64,000 nucleotides of DNA from Rebecca billardiae RCC1528 (taxonomy: Eukaryota; Protista; Haptophyta). The position numbers were made by a program, and so were the translations under genes. The notes below the pieces were generated by a model. It ran no database searches. It was not told where the DNA came from and saw nothing but the letters and a program-made list of their open reading frames with translations. Shown in pieces: positions 43,596 to 55,943 of this stretch (position 1 is its first letter; each line of letters starts with the position of its first letter). The stretch covers positions 744,001 to 808,000 of the forward strand of contig OZ251229.1 of the NCBI GenBank assembly GCA_965240325.2, written 5' to 3'.

Positions 43596-44069
43596 AATTC
43601 TATGATTTAAAGACACAGGCACGAGGGCGCAGCTCTCCTGATTCGTCTGTCGAAGTACTGAATGGAGTTAATGGAGGATGTCGGAGCGCGTTGGCCGCGG
43701 GTGAGGGAGTCGTCGTAACCGATGCTGATCACACGGTCACTGAGGTAGTAGGCGCCCGGGGATGCCGCTGTTTTGCAGTCGTCGTCGGCCTTGGTCATCA
43801 TGTAGTTGCCCGTGTCGTCGTCGTCCGAGGCTGTTCAAGTTGATGCCGTAGTGCAGGTAGTGGATGTGGTCGCCCGGGCCGGTGTGCGCGGCCTAGTGGC
43901 CTTGCCGAGTTGAGGGAGTAGTCGCCCTTGCCGTTGAGGAAGTCGTCGTCCTTGCCGTTGAGGAAGTCGTCGCCCTGGCCGCAGAGGAAGTCGTCGCCCT
44001 TGCCGTTGAGGAAGTCGTCGTCCTGGCCGCTGAGGGTGCCTGCGCTGCCCAACCGGGCGCGTCTGGCGC
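43596..44069 (-). mobile_element. 5'-truncated copy of a retroposon-like element
   Basis: Near-identical to 58400-58876; inserted into a repeat whose empty form is at 5441-5530. Confidence 0.8.
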
Positions 44070-44309
44070 AGTGTTGCATGGATGGCGTCAATCACGCCTT
44101 TAAAATTAACCAAGTGTGCACGACGCTAAAAAACAGCATAGCGTAGTAGTAACTTGTACAGTGTTCCAGTAGTGTGCTGTCATGATTGTGCCGTTTCCGC
44201 GCCGCGCGGTATTGTACGTTACATACAGCGTCGCCATCCACGCCATCGTCACCTCTCCACACACGGCGGCGCCGCGCCCCAGTGGGGGCGGCGTGGGAGT
44301 GACGGCGCG

Positions 44310-45359
44310 ATGCAGATCCCGCGCGAGGAAGAGTTCAACGTGCTGCACGCCGCGAAGACTGAGTTCAGCCATCGGATGCCGAGGCGCACCGTGAACGCCT
44401 CCTTTTACGCCAAGGACATAGAAGGCGCGCAGGCTGGCACGCACAAGACGATCCGCCCGCGGCGCAACCCTGTCAACCCTGCAAACCCCATGTACCTGCC
44501 GCTCGAGCAGCCGTCCGCCGAGTTGGCCGACGCGCGGGCACGCGAGCGAATACGCGACGACGACAGCGGCCGCTCAAGCCGCGAGCCGCCGCGCGGCGCA
44601 CGGCGGTCAGAGCTCGCGGTCACGTGGCGCGCCAACGAGGCCGTGCTCGCGCAGCCGACCATCGTGCGCGAGCGGAGGCATTTCCGCGAGACAAACTACG
44701 TGGGCGACATCGAAGGCGCGCGGCCGCGGCGAGGTCCGTTCACCGCGGAAGGCAAGCCGGTGAGGCGCCAGGTGGACCCTCTCGAGCCGACGTACTCGTG
44801 GGGGGGCACGACGCACGGCCGGCGCGCTGCGCGCGCGCGCGAGCCTGACGAGTCCGAGCAGCTGCCGGAGGCGTACGCGACGCTGCGCATGCCGTCCGAG
44901 GAGCCGCCCCGCCTCGCGCCTCCGCAGCCACCCCGGCCGGACAGGCGCGTGCGGTACGAGACGCACCTCGGCCCGGGCCTCACGATGATCACGCAGCGCC
45001 TGGAGCAGCCAGAGCTGGCCCCACCGCCGCCGCCGCCGCCAGCGCGCCGTCGGCCGCGCGGTGAGCCGCGGAGTGAGCAGACACGCGCTGACCTGTTCGC
45101 GCGTGCGGCCGCTGCCAAGCTGGCGCAGCAAGCGGCTGAGTATAGGCCGCCGCCGCCCGACCGCCGCCCGCCAGACGCTCTCACCCCGCCAGCCCGATCC
45201 GCGCGGCTCATGATCGACCGCAGCCTCACCAACGCCGACATTGCGGGCGCGCCAGCGCACCGCGAGCATCGCAAGGCGGCCGGCATTGGCGTCGTTCGCG
45301 AGCGCCGCGACATCCGCGATCCGATGGTGCTCCTGCCTCGGGAATATCAGCATTACTGA
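44310..45359 (+). CDS. Uncharacterised protein with DIEGA...NPxxPxY repeats
   Basis: KDIEGAQA..NPVNPANPMY; GDIEGARP..VDPLEPTY; ADIAGAP. Codon usage resembles the neighbouring genes. Confidence 0.75.
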   Translation: MQIPREEEFNVLHAAKTEFSHRMPRRTVNASFYAKDIEGAQAGTHKTIRPRRNPVNPANPMYLPLEQPSAELADARARERIRDDDSGRSSREPPRGARRSELAVTWRANEAVLAQPTIVRERRHFRETNYVGDIEGARPRRGPFTAEGKPVRRQVDPLEPTYSWGGTTHGRRAARAREPDESEQLPEAYATLRMPSEEPPRLAPPQPPRPDRRVRYETHLGPGLTMITQRLEQPELAPPPPPPPARRRPRGEPRSEQTRADLFARAAAAKLAQQAAEYRPPPPDRRPPDALTPPARSARLMIDRSLTNADIAGAPAHREHRKAAGIGVVRERRDIRDPMVLLPREYQHY

Positions 45360-46211
45360 ATCGCCTTGACGCTCCTGCCGAGTCCGCGAGCGGGGGCGGA
45401 TCCGAGTCACTCGGAGTAGTCATCACTAGGCTTCTCCGATCTCTACTGAATCCAAGTGACCATCATTCAGATTTCAGACCAAGTCACCCGGCCACGGGGC
45501 AGGCGCCAGGCCGCGGGCACTCCGTCGGTGCCGGCGCGGACCGGCGCGGGGCCGCCGTTGACCGGCTGGCACCGCGCGCGGGCCGCGCGGCCCGGGCAGG
45601 GAATCCACGGTGGCTGCTTACGCGGGCAATAATCCAGCTTTGCCAGTCACAGTGGCAGCCAGAGACGACCCGGATCGGCTGGCCGCTGCCGGGGCCGCGG
45701 GTAGCCGACTCGGATACGGTGACGACTTACTACGGTAGTAGTGTGACGGACAGTGCCGGTCCTGACCTGAGTAGTGCCGCCACCGCTGACTCACTCACTG
45801 ACAGGGCTCACTCTCAACGGTGTCCATCCAAGCTCACGGTCCGAGTGACAGGTCCGGGGCGCGAGGCGGCCTGCACTAGGTCTGTTACTACTCATACTAG
45901 CTAGTGTTAGTCTGAGTGAGGAACTGAGGAACGCCGAGCGGGGGTTTCGTCCAGTTTGACTGTATTGATTATTTAGTGACTTACGGCAGCTTAGTACTAG
46001 ATAATATGTCATCATCAGAATAATAAGATGATGTTTATAATAATTCATTCAGTTTCATTCACAAGCCCGACGACTTGTTGCATGACGACAGGGCGATAGA
46101 CGATTAGCTACACGGAGAAGATTCATAAGCTTATTGGGACTCTTGCCCGACCGGAGAGTAGTCCTAGTCACTAGCTCATAGTAATGACTATAGCACTGTC
46201 TGACAGCACAC

Positions 46212-47440
46212 GGCTCCGGATTCGGTTGACCCCTGCCAGTGGCGGGCATTCTGAGAACCGAGTCGAAGTCACTCGAGCGGACCATATAGCCGGGTCCCTC
46301 CCGACCCCCGATTGATGACTTCCAAGCGACATTGAGCATACACCCACCTCCCAATAGGATTCAGACTCATTTTTATAAGTGACACATACAAAAATGCGAC
46401 CGAAATCCGAAACATGGGTAACTGTATATTAACATGGGTATCTCTGACGGAACTTGTATTCAGACAGTGATGTCACAGCTCACCGCCCCGCACTCGCGAG
46501 CGCGCTCTGGTTGGTCAGCTGCGCGCGGAGAGCATTGTGCCGCTCCTCGCTCAGCTGGTACACCGCTGGGCGCGGCCGCTCCGCCGCCGCTGCCGCGTGC
46601 CTCCGCCTCGTGCCGCGTGCTGGGGCGCCGCTGAAAGCCGGCGTGATCGGTTGCACGGGCGTGAGCTCGACAACGCCGCGGATGTTGCTGGAGTTGACGA
46701 TGAAGCGCGTGTCGCCGTCGTTCCCAGCGGCAACTGCGTCCCATTCGGCAAACGAGAGCCCGCTCGCGTCGTCCGGGATGCGGTCCCACCACTTGATGGC
46801 CACCGCGGCCTCGTTGGCTGCAAACGACACGTTGTCAAGGGAGCCGGCCACCTGGAACTTCTTGACAATGCACGAGCCGTCGCCTGCGTCCACGGTGCGC
46901 GCGATCCAGTAGCCCTGGCGGAGCCACTGGTCCTCGACGTCGCCCGCGCGCCGCCTCCCGAACCGACGCTGCGGCTTCACCTCGATGGCGATCCACAACT
47001 CCGGCACGAGCGAGTCGAGCAGATTGGCTGCAGCTGTGGCGGCGCCGCTGCGCAGGCGGCGGTCGGTGGTGGTGTCCACCGTGTGCACGATCGCGAGGTC
47101 ACGCGCGACCGCCAGGAGGTGCTCGGCATCGCGTTCGCCAAGAGTAGCTCGCAGCTGTTCGTCCGAGACGTCGGCGTCGAACACGCTGCGCACGTCGCGC
47201 CCGCACCACCATGGCAGTGGGCAAAAGTACCCGGACTCCCAGTAGAAATGGTGAAATTCGGGCTCTGACGCCGTGTAAAAACAAGCGATCGCGGCAAACG
47301 GTGCGGATTCGCGCTCAGCACGCCAGCCCGAGTCCAGCAAGCCTTCGACCGCCTCCGTGCGACCTCGCGAAGGTCGTTTTCATTTTCGGTACGCCCGGTT
47401 TCTATGACCGGACTGGCAGGGGTCAACCGAAGCCGGAGCC
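46212..47440 (-). mobile_element. Internally deleted TIR DNA transposon with a 4-bp TSD
   Basis: 29-bp TIRs with one mismatch: GGCTCCGGATTCGGTTGACCCCTGCCAGT (46212-46240) and 47412-47440. ACAC flanks both ends. Encloses the ATG-less ORF fragment 46480-47340. Confidence 0.85.
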
Positions 47441-48142
47441 ACACAGCAGTACTGTTACTCATACTGCATATCATCATGTATACTGTAGTCGTATCGGACT
47501 GACCCGCTCCCGCGCGGAGCGGGAGTGGGTCTTCTAGTCTAGGGCAGACAAGCTGGACTGCTGGTCCTCACTCCTCAGGTGAGTCAGGACATTCAGTCAC
47601 GGACACGAGGTCCGCTGCCGGACCAGCGTGTCTGACGAGATAATAAATCGAGCCCGGGGGCCGGGTCGGTTACATACGCCCGATACGGCATGGCCGTAGT
47701 GTACTAACTGTCTACTGACTGGAAGCTAGCGTATCCGGCTAACCGCCGCACCCGTCCGAGTACCGTTTGCCCGTCGGAGCTGACCAGCCAGAATCGCGGA
47801 CCGACCTGGCACTTTTCCTCAGCTCAGTCAAAGTGCACTGTGCGCACACGCCACGCCGCGAACGCACCGTGCACAGCACGTTGTTACTTTGTCATCACTG
47901 GCAGCACTGATGTCAGCACTGTCTCAGAGTCTCAGTCAGAGGGCTCCGTGGAGGTGCATTTGTTTTTTTTAATATAATAACATTATCGCCAGCTGGTCAT
48001 AACCTGCATAAGTAGGCTCCGCCGTCACTGACCTGACCGGGCTGGTCTCAGAATGGGCGGCCCCGGGGCGGGACCATGTTTAATGCTGTTCAGCGCCGAG
48101 GATGCACTGCGAACAGCCCATGGAAGTTTTCGTGAGAGTGCG

Positions 48143-48237
48143 GCAGTACCTCCGCCTTCGATTGGCGGACTGAGCCTGAATCGTGGCCAGTACCTCCGCC
48201 AATTCGATTGGCGGCTGACTGAGCCTGAATCGTGGCA
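48143..48237. repeat. Two-copy ~46-bp direct repeat with an internal hairpin
   Basis: CAGTACCTCCGCC(AA)TTCGATTGGCGG..ACTGAGCCTGAATCGTGGC occurs twice. Confidence 0.7.
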
Positions 48238-49297
48238 AGTCGGTGGGGGGAAGGAAAGGCTGATGACGGCGCCGGCGTGTATCCAGGCCGCACACAACCG
48301 TGGCTAGCGCGGCTGGCAAGGCTAACACGCCACAACTCACGCAAGGCTGCCACTCAACGGTCTTAGATCAGACGCGAGTCCGAGCCCAGGCCCGCGACGC
48401 ACGGCCGGACACACGCTCCTTGAGTCCTTCCGAGGAGGGATGTATCATGTGCTGTCGTGGAGAGGCCTCGCACGTGGACCGGCCGCACCGATCGTGTCGC
48501 CTCCTCCCCCAGCACACTCCTCACGTTAGTTCGTCGTCTCGATCTTCGGTTGTCAGCGGGATTGCGCGGCATGCGTAACAAGTTGGTGAGGCGCCGCGGT
48601 GTCTTCCATGGCGGAAGTGTCTACCCGTCATCATGTTTGGGTTGACCTTCGACAGAAGGACATTACCTGGGGGGCTTCCGTGATCAGCGGGCCAAGGTCA
48701 TGTGTGCCGCGGCCTGCGTCCATTGTGGGCGAGGGCACCTTCTCGCACTAATCTGACACTGTCGCAAAGCTTGACTGCCGATTGGTGACGACGATGGGAA
48801 CACTCCGGACCGGAGGAGGTGATCGAAAGGATGGAGTCACTCCGTGAGAATACGGCAGCGCAATAATAGAAGACCCTCGCGGTGCAGCGCACCTCCCGGT
48901 CCGGGGACGGTACTTATCATGCGGGTACGTTTCTGAAGTCTAGCGCAGGAGTACGGTTACGTTTCCAGGGGCTGTGAAGACACTTTAATACAGGATTGTA
49001 CGGGATATTACTTACATACAGGTGCGGCACCCAATGTGCACCCCACTATCTATTAGGCGCGCGCGCGCGCCTGATTAGCGAATATTGTGGCTAACGAAAC
49101 CGATCGCAACGCTTGCAAGTCTGAAAAATACCATGGACATCCCCCTGGCCAGTTGTCCGCGCGGCTTGTGATATTCACCCCATGCCCGCTGAATTACCGA
49201 CAAGATGCGCTTTCCGGAGATTGCCTGCCGGCCGCAAGTGGACACACGCCAGGGGGGTTGCTGCAGGGCCGCCGGGGGGGCCAGCTCATCGGGAGCG

Positions 49298-51116
49298 ATG
49301 GTCGAGCTGGACCCTTCGCTGCCGATCCCCAAGAAGATCCTGGTCGCCGATGACTCGGGCGTGTGCCGCATGCGCCTCAAGGCCATGTGCAAGCGGCTCT
49401 ACCCGGGCTGCAGCATTGTGTGCGTGAACGACGGCGATGAAGCTGTCGCTAGCTTTGAGGAGTCGGCGCGGGGGGGCGAGAGCTTTGACCTTGTGCTGAT
49501 GGACCTGAACATGGTCGGCGACGATGATCGGCCACAGCTGACTGGCATGCTTGACGCGCGCAACGGGCCCCAAGCCTCTGCGCGCATCCGACGCATCGAG
49601 GAGACCGTGTCGATGGACACGGGTGTTGACGTGCCGCGCTCACACGTGCTCGTCATTACAGGCTCGACTCGGTGCGTGCGCGAGGCGGCGCGGACGGGGC
49701 GGGGCTGGGGCGGCGGGGAAGGGTGGGGAGGAGGGGGATTGCGCCGTGCGATGCGCTGGGCTGGCCTGATCGGCACCCGTCAGGCGGTTGGGACAGCAAG
49801 GGGCCCGTGTGCGCGCCGGCGACCGGCCAGCTGCAGCCCGCGGCTGCGGCCCTGCCGCTCACGCGTGCGGCCATCGCTGCGTGATGCGCGCCGCGCCCGC
49901 CGCCTGCAGGACCGATCGATGGGACCTGGCGTACTACCATGGCTGCGGCGTGGACGGGTTCCTGAGCAAGCCCGTCACGATCCACAGCCTCACCGAGGGC
50001 GTGACGGCCATACAGCGCAAGGGCAACTCGGACACGGCTGACGACTCGGAGAGCGGCCGAAACCTCGGCACCGCGCTGCTCGGCGAGTCGCCGCTCTTCG
50101 AGCAGGACTCGGCCGCGAAGATCGACATGTACATCGAGCCGTCGCTGCTGGAGAAGGCGAGCGCCGACCCGATCGCCGGGCCCTTCAGCAACCTCGCTGG
50201 CGGCGAGAGCACCTTTGCCGCGCTCGCTGCTGGCGTGCTGCCCGACGACCTCTCCCTCGGCCTGGAGCACCACCAGCCTGACCCGGCGAGCCACCCGCCG
50301 CCGCAGCGCCGGCCGTCGATTCCGAAGAAGCCGCCGGCGCAGGCGAAGCTGCACGTGCCGGACGGCAACGACTCCGACTGCTCCAACCCCTCGCCGATCC
50401 CGCGCGTGAAGCACACGAGGCGCATGGCGCCGCGGCTGCCGCGGCGCAACGCGGGCGGCAGCGGCGACTGGGGCGCTGAGCATGCGCATGCGGAGCACCC
50501 GCCGACGGCGCCGACAGCCGACGAGCAGAGCGACGCCCCGGCGCCGCCGCGGCGCACGAGCGCGCCCGCCGACGCGAAGCACTTCGCGCTGCTCAGCCTC
50601 GACCCGACCATGCTGATGATGCAGGAGGCGGTCATCCACGGCGACTCGCTCGACCACCTGATCACACAGGCGGGCGCCGTGGCCGACGCGGCCGCCAAGC
50701 TGGGCGACGACATGCAGAGGGTCGACGTGCTCGTCCTCACGGCGGTGCGCGCGGGGCGCGGGCACCCGCGCTCGCGCGCAGCCCGGGGCGAGTGCGCGCG
50801 CACGCGTTGCGACGCCGCGCGCTGACCAGCCCCCGCCCCCGGCGCTCCTCCGCGCACGCGCCTCGCCCGGCGCGCGCAGGCCGTGGGACCGGACGGCGCG
50901 CTCGACAAGGAGCGCGTGCGCAGCGAGGCGGAGGCTTTCTGGCAGATGGAGGCTGGGCGGAAACCGGCGGGCGAGGCCCCGAAGACGACGCTCGCCGTGC
51001 TGCCCCAGGACGCCCCCGCCGACCTCAAGCCCGCCGACCTCGGCGTGACGGGCCTGCTGCGCGTGCCCCTGCGCAAGCTCGAGCTCGTGGCTGCGCTCGG
51101 AGAGGGGTTCAGATGA
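49298..51116 (+). CDS. Response-regulator receiver-domain protein; exons 49298-49671, 49910-50744, 50880-51116
   Basis: ILVADD, DGDEAV, FDLVLMD and VITG; splicing restores GVDGFLSKPV. GT..CAG introns. An alternative in-frame ATG lies at 49205. Confidence 0.85.
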
Positions 51117-52413
51117 ACGCGCGGACTCAGTGCCGGCCGTCGGCGCACGCGCCTGCGCGCCGGTGCGCGGCAGGGCGGGCGACGGAGCTTGGGCCACACG
51201 CGCCGTGGTCCTCGAGCCCGCTGCCGCCGCCCACGCCGGACGAGACTCTGCGGCCGCCTGGCTGTGTCGTTGTGTCCGCCCGCTTCTGTCCTCGAGCGAA
51301 CGAGCAGCTGACAACTCCGCTCCACGCAGCTGGCAGCGCTTGCCGCCGCCTACCGGAGTCGCTTGCAAGTCCATCCTCGTCTCGTCACGTCCGTCCCTCC
51401 CGCGTGCTCGTTACTCATGCTGCTGCTTGCAGCTGGTGCAGGGTCGCTCCGTTGTAGTGCCGCGCTCCGCCAACGGCCTCGCAGCCGGGAGGCGGGGCAG
51501 AGTCGCCGAGAGTGTGTTACGTCTTATGAGCGACCGCCGCGGCGGCGCCAGGTCACAGACACATGCACGTGTTCGGTGTTTACTGTTTCAGTGTTTGGCA
51601 ACCTGCTTATCTGCTGATGATTCTAATAATAATCGTGATCCGATCATTCGGATGACGATACTGATATGGCCAAGGCAGCTGTGTCACGTCGGTCCCGCCG
51701 GCCTCTGGCCTCTTCGTATGGTCCGCCAGGTCTTCCACAGCCCAGGCTCCCCCCAGTACAACCGGCACGACCCGCTGCACATTGAGGTGCTACCCTGGCC
51801 CCAAGTGGCCACCAGGCTGGCAGCGGGCGCACTCGGACAGACCAGGGTCATCTCTCACTGGAGAGGCCATTAGGCATTACAGGACCACAGTCCCAATAAG
51901 GGCACTGCCAGGTCAGGCCCACCGTGAGGCCACGGGCCCGCGGGCAGAACTCAGGCTGGCCAGAGGCCCCTGCTGGGGAGGGTGGGGGAACTGCCCAAGC
52001 GCCGGGGGGGGGGGGGGGGGGGGGACGAGCTCAACCAGAACTACCAGGCCCAGCAGAGACACGACCATCCCACACAAGTACCGGAACCAGTCCCCGACGG
52101 CGAGTCCAACTACTACTAACTGCTACGGCCACAACATCATCCACCAGCTGCTGACCAAGAACAGGCTACACCATCGTCCACCATGACCAGCCACTGACCA
52201 AGTAGGCGACGACATCATCCGCACCAGCTGCTGACCAAGTAGGGGACGGCCTGGCCGACGCCAACATGCTCACTCGCCTTTGATTTGGTACCCATGCACT
52301 TCCTGGTGGGCCTGACGACGTCGACGACGACAACACCGACATCCGCCATGGGGACCAACATCAACGTGCTCACACCACTGCCACTGCTGCAAGCTTCGAC
52401 CAGTACCGGCAAT

Positions 52414-52468
52414 ACAGACGAATCAGGAGAGCTGCGCCCTCGTGCCTGTGTCTTTAAATCATAGAATT
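52414..52468 (+). mobile_element. 3' terminus of the same retroposon-like family (element may extend back to ~51650)
   Basis: ACAGACGAATCAGGAGAGCTGCGCCCTCGTGCCTGTGTCTTTAAATCATAGAATT matches the rc of 58400-58454. Confidence 0.8.
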
Positions 52469-53400
52469 GGTCCAGTCCGCGAGGACCGAGCGTAGTCCGG
52501 TCATCAATGTGAGAGTAATCATTTATAATACGGTGATGAATCTGCTGCCGGCAGAGTAGCTGCCGCACTTCCACTCACTCAGTCTCACGGCGGTCGCGGA
52601 CTGCCACTCGGCCTCGCAGTCGCACTACAGACTACTCACTACTGACACTAGTCGCAGTCCGGGCCAGTCGTCGCAGCAATCCCGCAAGCTCCGGTCCACC
52701 ACGAGTCGGAGTCACAGACACAGTCGGGCGACGGCCCCCACGCCCCCCAGCCTAGATATGTATGATGATGATGAGGCGGGTATAACTGCTAGCGTCTGGC
52801 GTCTGCTCGGCGACGGTGTTCATCACTCACATCAGTGATATGATTCCGAGTCGTCGGACTCCGGCGGACTCGTCGCGGACGGACGGTCGAAGAGTACTGC
52901 TGTTATTCAGATTTTAAAATACAGTTATTATAATACATATTATAATAATATGTATATATATGCCCGTTGCATACCACGTCGTTAATATATATATATATAT
53001 ACGGCCCGCTATATACTATTATTATTAATTAAAATAGTAGCAGCATTTAATTACTAAGCCGAGCTAAGCTAGTCGGAATAAGTCGCCGGGCGGCCGCCGC
53101 TTCCGGGCTTCGGAGTCGCCTTCGGAGCGGCCGCTGCCGGGCCGGCGCCGGCCCACGCCGTACCGACGAGCACCGGAGTCTAGCAGTGAGAGTCCAGGAG
53201 GCCGTACTAACGGTCGTCGGAGAGGCAGCAGCTCGAGAAAATAGGCATGCCAGCCGCATCCGGCATCGGCCATCGGGCAGTCGCCAATGGTGCCGAGTCG
53301 GCGACTCGGAGTCTCGGACTCGGTGGGCGAGTCGGGGCGGTAGTCGCCGGGCTGCAGCGCGCGCGCGACGAGCGCGCTCGCACCGTCGAGGTTGCGCGCG

Positions 53401-55771
53401 TCATTCCTCCTCGTCAGCAGCCGACGCGGGCGCGCCCGGAGGAGCCTCGCCCGCTGCGTCCGCTTCGGCGGGAGTGGCACCGTGACCGTCGGCCTCGCCG
53501 CCGCCATCCGCCGCGCTCGCTGCGCCAGCCGCCCTGCCAGCGCCCTGTGTGCGCGCCGCCTCCGGCACGTCCCCACCCGCCCGGACGGCAGGTGCTTGCC
53601 GCCCGGCCTCGAGCTCGGTGAGCTTCTTGCGCGCGCTGTCGGCCAGCCGCGCGGCGTTTGTGCGCTCGCCCTCCTCGGCCGAGCTCGCCACGATCGCCTC
53701 GAAGCGCCGGAGCCGCGCCGTCCACTTGGCGCGCTCGCGCTCCGCGCCGGCCGCGCCACTCGAGTACTGCTTCCACCACTGCCCCTCGGAGGACGCCTTT
53801 TTTTGCGCCTGCCTGTCGCGCACCTCGGCGCGCTCGCGCTCGCGCTGCCTCCGCTCCTCCTCCAGCCGGCGCGCCTCCGTGCGCTCGCGCTCGAGCTTGG
53901 CCTGCAGCTCGGCCGCCGCCGCCTCCATCTGCCGCTGCTCCTCGTCCGAGAAGAGGTGCGTGTACCGCGCGGCCACCTCGCGCAGCCTGCGCGACTTGTC
54001 GCGCACGCCGCGCGACGTGACGTGCACCTTGAAGTCCTCGTGCTCCTTGCGCGTGAACGGGTCGTTGGAGAGCGCGTCGATGCGCACCAGCTTCTTGCCC
54101 TGCCCCGTCTTGACCCACAGCGCGGCGGTCGTCACCTTCTTGCCCACCTGAGGAGGGCAGCGCGCGGGGCAGCGGCGCGTGCGCGTGCGCGCTCAGCGCT
54201 GGGGCAGCGCGCGCCGGGGGCGCGGCGCGGGGCGGGGGCGGGCTGGCGGCGCGCACCCGGTACGGCTGCGTGGAGCGCAGCTCGAGCACGATGCCGACGG
54301 AGAAGTACACCTTGCCACTCTGCAGCCGCTGCGAGGTGCGCACCACCGCGTGCTGCAGCACGCGCTGCAGGTCCCGCCCCTCCGCGTCCAGCCAGATCTG
54401 ACGCGGCGCGAGGGGTGAGGGAGGGCGCGCGCGGGCGTGAGCGCAGGGCTCGCGCAGGGCTCGCGCAGGGCTCGCGCAAGGCTCGCGCGCGCGCAGGCGC
54501 CGGCGCGCGCGGCGCGCGCACACCTCGATCGAGCGGCGCGTCAGCATGATCGTGCACAGCTCCTCGTACGACGCGCGCGCGCGGCCCGCCTCGTCCTCCT
54601 CCTCCTCGGCCGCATCGCCCAGCCGCGGTCGCTTCGCCTCGCGCGCCGCGCCGGCGCGCTCGAGCTCGGAGAGGCCGGCGATGGGCGGCTGCCGCTCGAG
54701 CTCGCGGAGCACCGCCGTGCGCAGCGCCCGCTTCCCGATCGCGTGCGCGTCCGTCACGTCGTGCAGCGCCTGCACGTCGTACGCCTGCCTCACAAAGAAC
54801 TGGTGGTCCTCAAGCGGCGGCGGGGTCGGCCCTCGGAGCACCGCGACCGCCGCGGGCCGCAGCACGGTGTCCGCGTGGTTCTCGTCCTCGTGGAGCGAGA
54901 AGAAGAGCTCCTGCTCCTCCGCGCGCAGCGCCGCGCCGCGCGCCGCGTCGCGCACGCCGTACTCCTTCACGTCCTCCGCGCGGTAGTACCAGCGCGCGTT
55001 GAAGTAGACCTCGTCGGCCGCAAACTTGTACGCGTACACCTCGAGCAGCCGCGCGACGAACGGGGCGGCGTCCTCGGGCGGCTCGAGGTAGACGTCGGTG
55101 CCCACGGCGTACTCCACGCCCATCTTGGCGAAGCCCGCGTAGAACACCTTGCCGTCGCGCTCGCGCAGCGGCCGGCCGATGAAGCGCGGCAGGTCGGCGT
55201 CCAGGGAGGCATCGGCCTCGTCCGCGGCCGCGCCCTCGTCCGCGGCCGCGCCCTCGTCCGCGGCCGCGGTCGCGTCTGCCGCGGGCGAGGCCGTGGCGCC
55301 GCGCGGCTCGGGCGTGCCGCCAGCGGCGTCATCGTCGGGCGCCGGCCGCTTCCGACCGGCCGTTCCCACCGGCGCTTCGCCCGCTGCGCTGTCCGCCGCA
55401 GCACCGGCCCCGGCTTCGGCGGTGGCGCCGGCCGCGCCGCCGCCGCGTGGCGACGCGGCGTGGGCGGGGGGCTCCTGCGTCTCAGCGGCCTGCTCCGCCT
55501 CGCGCGCGGCATCTGAGGGCACATCAGCCCCACCATCCTCCGCCGTTGCGTCGGCACCCCCGCCGCTCTGCTCGCTGACAATGCGCGCCATCGTCTCATC
55601 CACCAGCTGCTTGACTTGCTTCTTCTGCGGCTGCAGCCAGCCCTGCGGCTGATCGGCGACGCCGAGCGCGCTCTCGAGCTTGCGCATGATCAGCTTGACC
55701 GTCACGGTCTCCCAGTCCTCCGTGCGCAGCAGCTTCTCCACCTCCGCGGCGAGGGCCTCATGGGTGGCCAT
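53401..55771 (-). CDS. Chromatin protein with DEK-C + BAH + Plus3 domains; exons 55771-54524, 54397-54257, 54147-53401
   Basis: DEK-C (VEKLLRTEDWETVTVKLIMRKLE..KKQVKQLVD); BAH (YAVGTDVYL..FVARLLE..ARWYYR..ELFFS); Plus3 restored by splicing (IMLTRRSIE|IW..PYR|VGKKVT..RIDALSNDPFT). Confidence 0.82.
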
Positions 55772-55943
55772 CGTGGTCGACACGGCGAGGTGGTCGAGTC
55801 GCGACTCGCGAGCAGGGTAGTTCGTCAGTTTTCGGGGCGCTCCGTCAATTTCAGACTCACGCCCGGCCCGTTTATTTTGGACGTGTGCGCGCTCTTCTTC
55901 ACTTTTTGCGCGCCAGGCGGAAACTCGGCAGTTTGAACCCCAA

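Noticed and set aside
47700-49050. Another TIR element or gene
   Set aside because: Only weak partial inverted matches and short motif-free ORFs.
49298-51116. Bacterial contamination or recent transfer of the response regulator
   Set aside because: It has two spliceosomal introns and host-like codon usage.
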